A program made the translations under genes and the position numbers. Of a stretch of 64,000 nucleotides of DNA, positions 40,431 through 50,331 are shown one piece after another (position 1 is the stretch's first letter; every line of letters starts with the position of its first letter). This stretch comes from a virus: positions 16,975-80,974 of IMG/VR virus record IMGVR_UViG_3300032018_000004. One strand, given 5' to 3'. The notes beneath the pieces are model-generated. The model searched no databases. It saw nothing but the letters and a program-made list of their open reading frames with translations, and was not told the origin of the DNA.

Positions 40431-40458
40431 TTATCGGCATAATTAACTAAAAACTTTA
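40431..40458 (-). promoter_or_regulatory. sigma28/FliA-type promoter upstream of tnpB
   Basis: TAAAGTTT-N12-GCCGATAA, 39 nt before the ATG. Confidence 0.7.
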
Positions 40459-40842
40459 ATGAAATTAGAAAAGGAAATAACTATGGGCTTGTCGTGCTCG
40501 TGTCCAGATTGGGATGGTGATGGGTGGTATTACATTCCAGCCAGTGAAGATTTCACAAAACTAAATACTAAAACTCGCAAACGGTGTTGTTCCTGTAAAG
40601 AGTTAATTGATGTTGGGGCTGATAGTTTGAAATTCAAGCGTTGTCGTGGGCCAATTTCCGATGTTGAAGAGCGTATTTGTGGAGATGAGGTTAGAATTGC
40701 CCCTTGGTATATGTGTGAGAAGTGTGGTGAGCAATACATGAATTTGGAAGACTTGGGCTATTGTATTTATATTGGAGACAATATGTTCCAGTTGTTGGAA
40801 GAATATAAGGAAATGCAGAAATGGAGGAGTGAAAATGCTTAA
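40459..40842 (+). CDS. Cys-rich hypothetical protein
   Basis: RKRCCSC...YMCEKC motif. Confidence 0.7.
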   Translation: MKLEKEITMGLSCSCPDWDGDGWYYIPASEDFTKLNTKTRKRCCSCKELIDVGADSLKFKRCRGPISDVEERICGDEVRIAPWYMCEKCGEQYMNLEDLGYCIYIGDNMFQLLEEYKEMQKWRSENA

Positions 40843-41486
40843 ATACCTAACATTTTTCTTCTTGCTATTTCTGCTAATTTTGTGTATACCTTATTTATCA
40901 AATGCCCAGACATACACAGAGCCGGATGAATACTACCAGAACATCCCTAAATTGAAAGACTGTCAAGAAATTGTAATTGATGAGCGTTTTATTGGTGGAA
41001 AACTGAGCAAGAAAACTATATGCTTTTGGGAAGTTAAGATTGCTTCTGGAGTTATGACATTCTGGAAGGAAATTGGGAAAGACCATTACGGATTTTGTGA
41101 ATAGGGGAATGAGATGAAGAGTTGGATTGTTCGCAATGTTCCAGAGTTCCCGAAGCTAATGAAAATGAATAGCTGTGGATGTGTTGTCCTATTTATTAAT
41201 AATTCTAAAGGGTTTGTAGTAAAATCTGATTTTGACGTGATTGATGATTACATGTATGAGGTTGGACATGAAAGTGACGAGTGGGAGATTTCTCAGTTTG
41301 TTTTTTTGACGGAATTATAAAACTACAGAATTGAGAAATAATAATTTTGTGAATAGGAGAGTGGGATGGTAGAAACAGTTTTATCTCTTGCTTTGGAAAT
41401 GGGGAAATGCCTTCTACATATATGATGCTGAAATTTAAGAAATATCTTGAGAGTGTCGTGATTGAAAACATATAAAGGTAAACACT

Positions 41487-41939
41487 ATGAATGAAATTCT
41501 TTTCCTACTAATTTTAGGCCATTTGTTTGGAGATTATTTGCTCCAGTCATATTGTCTTGCCGTCAATAAGAAGAAATATTCATTGATTGGTTGGAGTTCT
41601 GCAACTTATCATTGCCTTATTTATACCACTACAATTTATGGATTTTTATTAATTGAGGGAATTAAATTAAATTTCATTCAATGCCTCTTAATTTTCCTGT
41701 CACATTTTATCATTGACAAGTTTCCAGTTATTGAATACTATATGAAAGTGATGGATATTAGAAGTTGGGATAGAGAGCTTCCTAAAACAGGCAATGGTGT
41801 AGATTTTGAAAATAAAGAACCAATTACAATTATTCAATTAGTTACGACATCGTTTGGGTCGTTTGTTTATATTATGTGTGATAATACATTTCATTTATTC
41901 TTTATGTATTTAATTCTGAAATTCAGTATTGGAGTATAA
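41487..41939 (+). CDS. DUF3307-like membrane protein
   Basis: GHLFGDYLLQ, SHFIID, DNTFH. Confidence 0.8.
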   Translation: MNEILFLLILGHLFGDYLLQSYCLAVNKKKYSLIGWSSATYHCLIYTTTIYGFLLIEGIKLNFIQCLLIFLSHFIIDKFPVIEYYMKVMDIRSWDRELPKTGNGVDFENKEPITIIQLVTTSFGSFVYIMCDNTFHLFFMYLILKFSIGV

Positions 41940-41940
41940 A

Positions 41941-42858
41941 ATGAAGGTAGTATATCCTGGCACATTTAACCCATTCACAATTGGACATAAATATGTTCTT
42001 GATCAGACGTGTCGTATGTTTGGTGGTGAAAATGTGACAATCTTATTGGCAGAGAATACAGAAAAAGATCAAGGATATTTTAAGTCCAGGAAAAGGCATA
42101 TTGTCCCGGTACACAATAATGTCGATTGTTATAAAGGTCTTACTACAGGTTATTGTTTTAAGAATGAAATAGAATTGATTGTTCGCGGGGTGAGAAATCA
42201 ATCGGATTTCCAGAATGAATACAATATGTCAAGTTGGAACAATGAACTATCAGATAATGATGTCAAGACTATTTTAATTCCATGCCCACCAAAATTGCAG
42301 AATATATCTAGCAGCGCCATTAGAACCTTATATGATTGCGATGTAGACGTTAAAAAATATTTCTGCAATGATTATTCATATCATAGGTGGACAGTCAAGG
42401 AACCTAAATACAAAATTTATTTTGGCAAGATGGCAGTTGGCAAATCTAGCTTATTGAGTGGGGAAAAATATGTAGATTTTGACAAATTCATTTATAGCCA
42501 ATTTTCTGTAGAGGAAGAGTCAAGATATAGGGAATTATTTTCTGATGCTATTAGAAAAAGAGATCATACTCAATATAATTTTGCAATTGATTCAATGTCT
42601 TTAAATATAGATAAAGTCAAATTATTCAAGGATGCTTTTAAAATTTCCAACACATTTGAAATATCGGCAATTGGGTCGTGGTTTGATGAAATTCCTATAG
42701 GAATCATAAGAGATGCAGAAATTATTAAGGTCGAATGTTCAGAAGAGGAACGGGTAAATAGGGCAATCAAAAGGGGCATAAGTATGGAAGATTTTGAAAA
42801 TTTTAATTCTTTTTATAAAGACCCACCATTTTGGGACAGGACAATAGTTAGTGAATAA
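41941..42858 (+). CDS. coaD: phosphopantetheine adenylyltransferase (CoaD) fused to a dephospho-CoA kinase-like P-loop domain
   Basis: YPGTFNPFTIGH, IVRGVRNQSDFQNE, ISSSAIR; C-terminal GKMAVGKSS, VDFD, ERVNRAIKRG. Confidence 0.8.
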   Translation: MKVVYPGTFNPFTIGHKYVLDQTCRMFGGENVTILLAENTEKDQGYFKSRKRHIVPVHNNVDCYKGLTTGYCFKNEIELIVRGVRNQSDFQNEYNMSSWNNELSDNDVKTILIPCPPKLQNISSSAIRTLYDCDVDVKKYFCNDYSYHRWTVKEPKYKIYFGKMAVGKSSLLSGEKYVDFDKFIYSQFSVEEESRYRELFSDAIRKRDHTQYNFAIDSMSLNIDKVKLFKDAFKISNTFEISAIGSWFDEIPIGIIRDAEIIKVECSEEERVNRAIKRGISMEDFENFNSFYKDPPFWDRTIVSE

Positions 42859-43762
42859 TTTTGATTTTCTAAAATACTTCTCTGATAAAGACCTAAGATA
42901 TAAGACTTCTGGAAAAAATATCGGGGGAGACTGGGCGGCACTTTCGGACTGTTTTTTTTGTGGTAAAGAAAATTATCACCTAGCCGTGAATCAAAAAAAA
43001 CAACAAATAAGTTGCTGGGTGTGCGGAAAACACACTACGACTGAACTAATAAAAGCAATCGAAAATTGTTCCTGGCAAAAAGCAAAACAAATCCTAGAAC
43101 AATATTCCCTCACTCCAGACTCTATACTGGATCAAGAGGAAGAGATTGAAATTGTAAGGCCAAATTCTTACAAACTTCCACAAGAATTTACAGAGCTATT
43201 TCCAAAAGAAGCTAAGGATTATCTGGTAAGGAGAAGATACGATTTTCTGACGCTGAGAAAAAAATACGGAATTCTATGGTCAGAAAATTTTGGAAGAGGC
43301 AAATTTAGAATTATCTTTCCTGTCTTTGAAAATAACAAAATTGTGAATTGGGTTGGAAGAGATATCACTGGCAATAAATCAATCATGCCATATATGTTTG
43401 AGAAGAACGAAGTGGCTTTAGTCCCAAGGAATGAGCTAATCTATAATCTTGATAACGTAAAAAATGAAAAGTGTGTGCTATTTGAAGGTTTGTTTAATGT
43501 ATTAAGATTTGGGAATAATTCATTAGCTCTTTTGAGTCAGCAATTCACGAAACAACAGATCGTGAAATTGAAAAATAAAGGAATAAAGAAATTCTATATT
43601 TGTTTTGACAATGAAGAGAAGGCCCAGGAGAAAGCGAAATTGCTGGAAGGGTATCTCACCTGGGCAGATGAAATAAATTATATTGATTTACCAGAAAACG
43701 TGAATGATTTTGACGAGTTAGATGACGAATCGGTAAATTATATTAAAAGGATGATATTTTGA
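42851..43762 (+). CDS. DNA primase (zinc finger + TOPRIM)
   Basis: CFFC...CWVCG, RIIFP, GRDI, FEG, CFDNE. Confidence 0.88.
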   Translation: MNNFDFLKYFSDKDLRYKTSGKNIGGDWAALSDCFFCGKENYHLAVNQKKQQISCWVCGKHTTTELIKAIENCSWQKAKQILEQYSLTPDSILDQEEEIEIVRPNSYKLPQEFTELFPKEAKDYLVRRRYDFLTLRKKYGILWSENFGRGKFRIIFPVFENNKIVNWVGRDITGNKSIMPYMFEKNEVALVPRNELIYNLDNVKNEKCVLFEGLFNVLRFGNNSLALLSQQFTKQQIVKLKNKGIKKFYICFDNEEKAQEKAKLLEGYLTWADEINYIDLPENVNDFDELDDESVNYIKRMIF

Positions 43763-44127
43763 AAACACCATATAGAGTAATGAAAGTTAATGAGTGGAAG
43801 AATCAACCCGCAATCACCCATAGAGTTGCCTGTATGTGCGGAAGCAAGGACTGCGATATGACGATTGATTTTGAGATTGACCATGGGTATTTAACACTTA
43901 ATCTCTACAAACGAATGATTTTCAATACTTATGTTTGGGGAGAAAATAGATTTATCAGTTTTCTCAAAACATGGAAAAAGAAAATTGTAACTATTTTCAA
44001 GATTTTGTTCTATGGTTATCTTGAAACTGAAGAGTGTTTGATTCTTCAAGGAGAAGATCATATTCAAGGGTTTATTGATGCTCTTGAGGAAGGAAGACAA
44101 TTCATTGCTGAGAATAGGGAGAAATAG
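43759..44127 (+). CDS. hypothetical protein
   Basis: Coupled ORF; CMCG motif. Confidence 0.65.
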   Translation: MKTPYRVMKVNEWKNQPAITHRVACMCGSKDCDMTIDFEIDHGYLTLNLYKRMIFNTYVWGENRFISFLKTWKKKIVTIFKILFYGYLETEECLILQGEDHIQGFIDALEEGRQFIAENREK

Positions 44128-44353
44128 AAATGGAATACAAAATCACGCCAATTGCTTATTCAGTTCATAATGCAAAAGAAAATCCTATTTATAGTGAAAC
44201 AGCAATTCATGTTAAGATGGAAGATGAAGGGGCTGGGCCATTTATTGTGATAACTCAAGATGGGAGTGAAGAAAAAGAAATTCGTGTTGAGGTTGAGGAA
44301 TTGGAGAAGATTCTTGAAGCTTCTAGGATGCTGTGTGGAGAGGGGAAATGATC

Positions 44354-44639
44354 ATGGAGATGAAAAAACCAAAGCCCTGCCCGTTCTGTAATGCCATACC
44401 TCACACTTTTGAAGGTATGGGTGGAACATGTGTACTGTTGGAATGAAGATGGTAGTTGCGGTCATCGTGGTATCATTATGACGTTGGGGGAATGGAACAC
44501 CCGCACCCAACCAAAATATAAATGGAAAGACCAATATGAATGGATGAATGCCCACACCAAAATGTATAGAGGCGATAACGCGTCTGATTGTATGATGAAT
44601 GCATTTAACGCTGGACGAGAATTAAAGGAGAATAAATGA
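44354..44639 (+). pseudogene. Lar-like zinc-finger gene with a frameshift
   Basis: MEMKKPKPCPFC in one frame continues as HVYC...C...WNTR in another, with the shift near 44425. Confidence 0.5.
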
Positions 44640-45259
44640 AAATTTTTGTAGGCAAATATTGTTCGTGGTGGGGAGCGTATCAGATTGCCGATCTCTTGCA
44701 GCATTTAGGAGTATCAGAAGATAGATGCTATAAAATTGGGGAATGGCTTTCCAACACCAAACTCCAGACTTTTCTTGAATGGATTGATTCTAAAAAGAAG
44801 AGAGCAATAAATATTCATATTCACGACTACGACATTTGGAGCGCAGATCATACCCTTTCCATTATCATATTGCCAATGCTCAAAATGATTCAAGAGGACA
44901 AGCATGGAGCACCATTTGTGGATGATGAGGACGTTCCAGATGAATTGAAGTCAACCAATGCCCCACCTAAAAATAATGAATGGGATGTAGATTTGTTATG
45001 GTTCCAACGCTGGGACTGGGTGCTGGACGAGATGATTTTTGCGATGTCCTCAATTTTAGATGATTCGTGGGAGGAAAAATTTCATTCTGGTAACATGGAT
45101 TTAGTTTGGGAAAAGTGCGAGGGTTCTGATTTGTCTGAAATGAAGGATGGGCCAAATAATACCCATGTCTTTGATGCGGTAGGGTATAAAATTTATGCAG
45201 ACAGAATTCAAAATGGGTGTAGGCTTTTGGGACGATATTTTCGCTCACTTTGGACCTGA
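44636..45259 (+). CDS. phage hypothetical protein
   Basis: DIWSADHTL...HGAP...RWDWVLDEMIFA...YFRSLW. Confidence 0.8.
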   Translation: MKIFVGKYCSWWGAYQIADLLQHLGVSEDRCYKIGEWLSNTKLQTFLEWIDSKKKRAINIHIHDYDIWSADHTLSIIILPMLKMIQEDKHGAPFVDDEDVPDELKSTNAPPKNNEWDVDLLWFQRWDWVLDEMIFAMSSILDDSWEEKFHSGNMDLVWEKCEGSDLSEMKDGPNNTHVFDAVGYKIYADRIQNGCRLLGRYFRSLWT

Positions 45260-45287
45260 TTTATTTCACTACTACACTTAAAATCGT

Positions 45288-45315
45288 TAAAGTTTTGATA
45301 CATTTATGCCGATAA
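45288..45315 (+). promoter_or_regulatory. sigma28/FliA-type promoter upstream of the HTH gene and helicase
   Basis: TAAAGTTT-N12-GCCGATAA. Confidence 0.7.
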
Positions 45316-45336
45316 GGTATATGAAGGAGGAAGGAT

Positions 45337-45543
45337 ATGACACCTATTACAAGGCTGTTATTTGAGTTTATTAAACAAAATAGAGATAGCAACAATCAAC
45401 TCAAACTCAGCAATGAAGAGATTTCGGGTAAGCTTGAAGTGAACAAATCAAGTGTCTCCCGATGCGTGAAGCTGCTGAAATTAGAGGGGGTGATTTCAAC
45501 GGCATACGATGATGACTTGAGGAGGACTATCACGGTCCTCTAA
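45337..45543 (+). CDS. small winged-HTH DNA-binding protein
   Basis: SNEEISGKLEVNKSSVSRCVKLLKLEGVI. Confidence 0.8.
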   Translation: MTPITRLLFEFIKQNRDSNNQLKLSNEEISGKLEVNKSSVSRCVKLLKLEGVISTAYDDDLRRTITVL

Positions 45544-45598
45544 GAGATGAGGGGGTGGATGGGAAAGAAACTTAAAACAAGGAGAACTGTGATATCTT

Positions 45599-47125
45599 AT
45601 GACCGTTTCAATTAGGCCCAGATCAATCGATCAAAATTCAGAAAAAAGCATTATCACTCAAATCATAACAGATACTGAATTCTGCTGCGCTATCCTCCCA
45701 ATTGCCAAACAAGAATATTTTGAAATTAAATATGCAAAAATTATTTTTGGATGGTGCAAAGATTATTATGATAAATATGAATCCGCTCCTGGGAAATATA
45801 TCACTGATATTTTTAATACGAAGAAGAAAAAGCTCTCATCTGAGGATATAGAACTCTTAGAAGATTTCTTACAGGGTTTGTCAGGGAAGTATATTGAAGA
45901 TGGGGAAAAAAGAAACAATAAATTTTATATTGAAGAAGCTATAATTTATCTTAAAAAACAATCATATATGCGCTTGTCTGAAAATCTTGCTAGTTATGCG
46001 AAGCTTGGGGAAGTTGCAGAGTGTGAGAATCAATTAGTCAATCACAAAAAAGTAGAAGTATCTACTTCTATCGCCGTTAATTTGAATGATCCAGAAGTAG
46101 CAAAAAATATTTTAAAGAAGAGTGGGGAAAATAAACTATTTTCTCTTCCTGGCGCTATCGGCAAATTACTTGGAAATTTTGAATCTTCGAGGACATATGT
46201 TGTATTGGCTAAGAGCGGAATTGGCAAAAGCTGGTTCTTAACCGAATTGGCCCTTTGCGCTGCAATGAATAGAATTAAAGTAGTTATGGCAAATTGGGAA
46301 ATGTCTCAAGAACAAGTAGCCAGTAGGTATTATAAGAGACTTACGGGGCTTGGGGATTCTGCTCAAAACTGGAACTACCCTTGCATTGATTGCCAAAAAT
46401 CACAGATGGGCACTTGTAATATAAAAAGTAATAGAATCCCCCTTGTAAATTCTTCTGGAGAAATTCCATCATTTGAAGATTCAATATCTTCTGGATATGA
46501 GCCATGTAGTAAGTGTAGAAATGATCTAGATTTCAAGGCTGCTGTTTGGCATGAAAGTATTTACAGAGATGCTTTAAATACGGAGAAATTGACAAAAACA
46601 CTTAGCGGGTTTGATTTAATGTTTGGGAAAGATATGGTTAGGTCAATCTGCTTCCCAAAGTTTTCTGCAACCATTTCTGATCTCGAAAGAGAAATTCTAT
46701 CTCTCCAGTATAGGGAGGGATTTTTCCCGTCAGTGATTACCATCGACTACGATGCCCTGGTGCTCCCAGAAAGGTTTTACAGCGAACAAAGACACAACTC
46801 TGACGAAGTGTTTAAAAGCATTGGCAAACTATCTCACAAGTACGGTATTTGCATTTTTGTAGCCAGCCAAGTGAACCGTGAGGGTGCAAAAATGAAGTCG
46901 GCAAAAGTCACATCAATAGGGGATGATTGGAGAAAAGTGCAACATGCAGATGGAATTTTTATTTTAAATCAGTCTGATGAGGAAAAACGTAATAAAATAA
47001 TTAGGATAGGGCTTGGCAAAATGCGTGATGGGGAATGGAATGCTGAAAATGAAGTCATAGTTATGCAAAATCTAGGGACAGGACAAAGTTTACTAGACTC
47101 TGAAATTGTTAGAAGTGGTCGTTAG
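45599..47125 (+). CDS. dnaB: DnaB-like (SF4) replicative helicase
   Basis: AKSGIGKS, WEMS, IDYD, ASQVNR, KMRDG. Confidence 0.9.
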   Translation: MTVSIRPRSIDQNSEKSIITQIITDTEFCCAILPIAKQEYFEIKYAKIIFGWCKDYYDKYESAPGKYITDIFNTKKKKLSSEDIELLEDFLQGLSGKYIEDGEKRNNKFYIEEAIIYLKKQSYMRLSENLASYAKLGEVAECENQLVNHKKVEVSTSIAVNLNDPEVAKNILKKSGENKLFSLPGAIGKLLGNFESSRTYVVLAKSGIGKSWFLTELALCAAMNRIKVVMANWEMSQEQVASRYYKRLTGLGDSAQNWNYPCIDCQKSQMGTCNIKSNRIPLVNSSGEIPSFEDSISSGYEPCSKCRNDLDFKAAVWHESIYRDALNTEKLTKTLSGFDLMFGKDMVRSICFPKFSATISDLEREILSLQYREGFFPSVITIDYDALVLPERFYSEQRHNSDEVFKSIGKLSHKYGICIFVASQVNREGAKMKSAKVTSIGDDWRKVQHADGIFILNQSDEEKRNKIIRIGLGKMRDGEWNAENEVIVMQNLGTGQSLLDSEIVRSGR

Positions 47126-47128
47126 GCT

Positions 47129-47956
47129 ATGAAAATTTGTAGAGATTGTGGGATAAGTAAAGAATTAGACGAATTCGGAAATGAAAAAAGACAAAAAGAT
47201 GGTAAAACATTATCATGTAAGGAATGTAGTGGAATAAAAAGACGAGAACATTATGCCCAAAATAAAGAAAAATATAAAGAAAGGAATAGATTATATTATT
47301 TAACAAATAAGGAAGATGTTGATGCTAGAAATGTAGCTTATTATAAAAAACATAAAGAAGAAATAGCTGGATACAAAAATCAGTGGTATGAGAATAATAA
47401 AGAAAGAAACAAAGCAACGAAGAAAAAATGGACTGCCGAAAATGAAGAAAGGCTAAAAGAAAAAAGAAATAGTCCAGCGCCATTCAGTTTGTATGGACAC
47501 CAATTAACCATTGAGGAAGACCCCATAGAGGGAGAAAATGGGCTGATGCTTTGTAGATGCGCTAAATGTAATGAATACCATTATCCAAAGGCGCATTTGA
47601 TTTGGAATAGAATAAAAGCTATAAATGGTAAGCATCGAACTGGTGATTCGAGACTATATTGTTCTGATAAATGTAGGCAAGAGTGTGATGTGTACAATGC
47701 TTGGTTATTACCGAGGCATATGAGAGATATTAGGGATAGGGTTCGGTGTCACCAACCTACTAATAGAAAAGCACTGTTAGATTTACAAGTGGATGAATTT
47801 GGATATAATTTCTGTGAGAAGTGTGGGAAGAAAGAAAAATCTTCTAAATTATTCCTCCATCATAATATCATGGTTTCAAAAGATATGTCAGAGGCGGATA
47901 ACATGAGCCATCAATTGATATGTTGTTCTGATTGCCACGAACATAAAGATTGTTGA
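47129..47956 (+). CDS. HNH-like homing endonuclease, paralog of 11341-12333
   Basis: Shared C-terminal module ...DEFGYNFCEKCG...LHHN...SEADNMSHQL...CHEHKDC. Confidence 0.75.
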   Translation: MKICRDCGISKELDEFGNEKRQKDGKTLSCKECSGIKRREHYAQNKEKYKERNRLYYLTNKEDVDARNVAYYKKHKEEIAGYKNQWYENNKERNKATKKKWTAENEERLKEKRNSPAPFSLYGHQLTIEEDPIEGENGLMLCRCAKCNEYHYPKAHLIWNRIKAINGKHRTGDSRLYCSDKCRQECDVYNAWLLPRHMRDIRDRVRCHQPTNRKALLDLQVDEFGYNFCEKCGKKEKSSKLFLHHNIMVSKDMSEADNMSHQLICCSDCHEHKDC

Positions 47957-48836
47957 CCACAAATAAAAACCCTTTACACCACACCCAATATTAAGTAAAC
48001 TAGAAGAACTAGACAACTTAAACACTTGAATTGGAGGAATTATGGAAACTGAAGTTGTCAGTTATAATGGCAGAGATAGCGAAGTGTCAGCCTGCTCACT
48101 TTAAAGATAGCGGGAATACTGTTGCAGCGATGTACCTACCTTCAGAATCAATCGGAGTAATTATTTGCCAAGCTGCTGCAATGCGCCTTGAGTTATCCCG
48201 AAAGGATTCCGAAATTGAGAGGCTAGCTTCTTTGGAAGAGGATGATTGAATATGAATTTAGAAAACAGATACACGGTGCTGAAGAATAAAGATATTGCTG
48301 AATCTCTTTCAACCATTGAAATTGGAAGACTGGATTTTATTTGCTTTACAATCGATAAATGTAGAATTTATAATAGAAGAGGCAAGTTTAAATGCATTGT
48401 GATTGAAGAAGATTGGCCGGAATATGAAATTGTTCTTGAGATGTTAAAGAAAAGAATTAATGAAGAGTTAGAAATCAGTGAAGGTCAAAAGACATATTGT
48501 GGACAGGATATCTAAATGAACGAAGCTACCAAAGATCAAATAGCCTCTGTAATGCTTCAACTTGGCACACCAGAACAGCAAGAAGAAGCATTGAGATATA
48601 TTCAAGCTACTGAAATGTTTAACGACCCTGATGTATATGAAAATTTAGATATTGATGGAGTGGAGATATGAGTGAAGAAGAGTTGTCAGAACAAAGATCA
48701 AGCTTTGAATCTTGGATTGTTGCTCAATTCAAAGTGGAGAAAACACAACTCGCAAGAGGCGAAGACGGTAGTTATATCGGTCCAGACCTGCTTGACGCTA
48801 TGTTTATAGCATTTTGTGCTGGGTGGGAGTTGAGCC

Positions 48837-49124
48837 ATGAGCGATAATTGGGGAGAAGGCTTTTGTGATAAGCTGAAAAAGATGTCATCAAAGGACCAGC
48901 CATTGAAAACACTTGGGAATAGGCTGGCAGAGATTCTTGATGATGACCAGTGGGCACAATGCGAAGGACTGCTACTTGAGGTGTTGGACATGTACGCTCC
49001 ACCAGAATACAAATATCCTACATTTGAAGACTGGTGGACTAAATTTGGTAAAATATTTGATTATGATATTGAGGAAGAACAAAGCATCTGTGGATTTTTT
49101 AAAGCATTTCGTGAATTAAAATAA
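48837..49124 (+). CDS. hypothetical protein with shared EYKYPTFEDW module
   Basis: 32-bp identity with 49846-49877. Confidence 0.6.
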   Translation: MSDNWGEGFCDKLKKMSSKDQPLKTLGNRLAEILDDDQWAQCEGLLLEVLDMYAPPEYKYPTFEDWWTKFGKIFDYDIEEEQSICGFFKAFRELK

Positions 49125-49461
49125 AACCAAGTCATGAAAATAAATGAATTGAATTGTAAGATTATGATCCGAATTATAAACCATAATGACGCAATGGAAT
49201 ACATCGAATGTCCAGTGTGTAGTGGCAATCAAAATGAAGACAATATAGAAGATCTTAAAAGAATATGTAGAGAGGCTGGACAGAATGGAGAAAGGTGTAA
49301 TTCTAGTGGTCGGCAACTAAAATTCAGCGCAACTGGAGAAAAGTGGCTAACTATTTATAACATGTGTAATTCCTGTGATTATATTAAAATTAAAGAATTT
49401 TTAGGAAAATAAATGAAAATTAAAATGCTTGCCAGAATTTGATGGATTTTAAGGAGGAAAT

Positions 49462-49707
49462 ATGGAAACCACAACAATAGATAAATTATTTCTTGAACTC
49501 TCTCAGTTTACGAAAGCCAAGACAAGCAGAGAAATTGAATTAGAATATAATTACAACGAATTGATAATGGCAGTGCAGCGTAAGCACCACGGAGAAACAC
49601 GCCATCAAACGGCGTTGATGTATATCCAAGCTACTGAAATACTTAATAATCCTACCGTATACGAGAATTTAGATATCAATGGAGTTGAGCTATGGAAGAA
49701 GATATGA
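49462..49707 (+). CDS. hypothetical protein
   Basis: AGGAGG RBS; GETRHQTAL motif. Confidence 0.65.
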   Translation: METTTIDKLFLELSQFTKAKTSREIELEYNYNELIMAVQRKHHGETRHQTALMYIQATEILNNPTVYENLDINGVELWKKI

Positions 49708-49958
49708 CCTGTCCATTCTGTGGGCGGTTATCGTACCACCCGACGAGAATCAAAAAGAATAAAACTATAACCTGTTGCGCGAACAACAAGTGCAAAATAT
49801 TTGGGGTCAATATGACGTTGAAGACATGGAATACCCGCACCCTATCAGAATACAAATATCCTACATTTGAAGACTGGAGAGATAATAGCGGCTACCCAAA
49901 ACACTTTATAAATGATGATATAGAAATAGGATTTTCAGTATCCCGTGAATTAAAATAA
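49692..49958 (+). CDS. Lar-like zinc-finger protein
   Basis: CPFCG...C...C...WNTR. Confidence 0.6.
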   Translation: MEEDMTCPFCGRLSYHPTRIKKNKTITCCANNKCKIFGVNMTLKTWNTRTLSEYKYPTFEDWRDNSGYPKHFINDDIEIGFSVSRELK

Positions 49959-50331
49959 CCAACCAAAAGGAAAATAAATGCACGAACCAATCTACTCCAG
50001 CCGTTACGTTTCATCTTTATTTGGAAAGAATTACGATTTTAATGGACGTTTTAAAGAATGGATGTTATATAGTCAAGCATATTTAATTCTCGAATTTGAT
50101 GTGAGGTGAGATATGTTTGGTATATCATTAGAGAGGTCCACAAATGTCAAGAGGAGTGAAATAATTGCCTATAAATCAATGCCCCATGGGATTCTTCAAC
50201 TTGTAACAGAATCAAAAGAAGAGGCAATAGAAAGACAAAACTCAGATAGTCACATTTGCCAAGAAATCTTAAAAATGAGAGAAATTGGTCGTTTCGATAT
50301 TTACAAAATTATTGAGGATGTGAGGTGAAAT

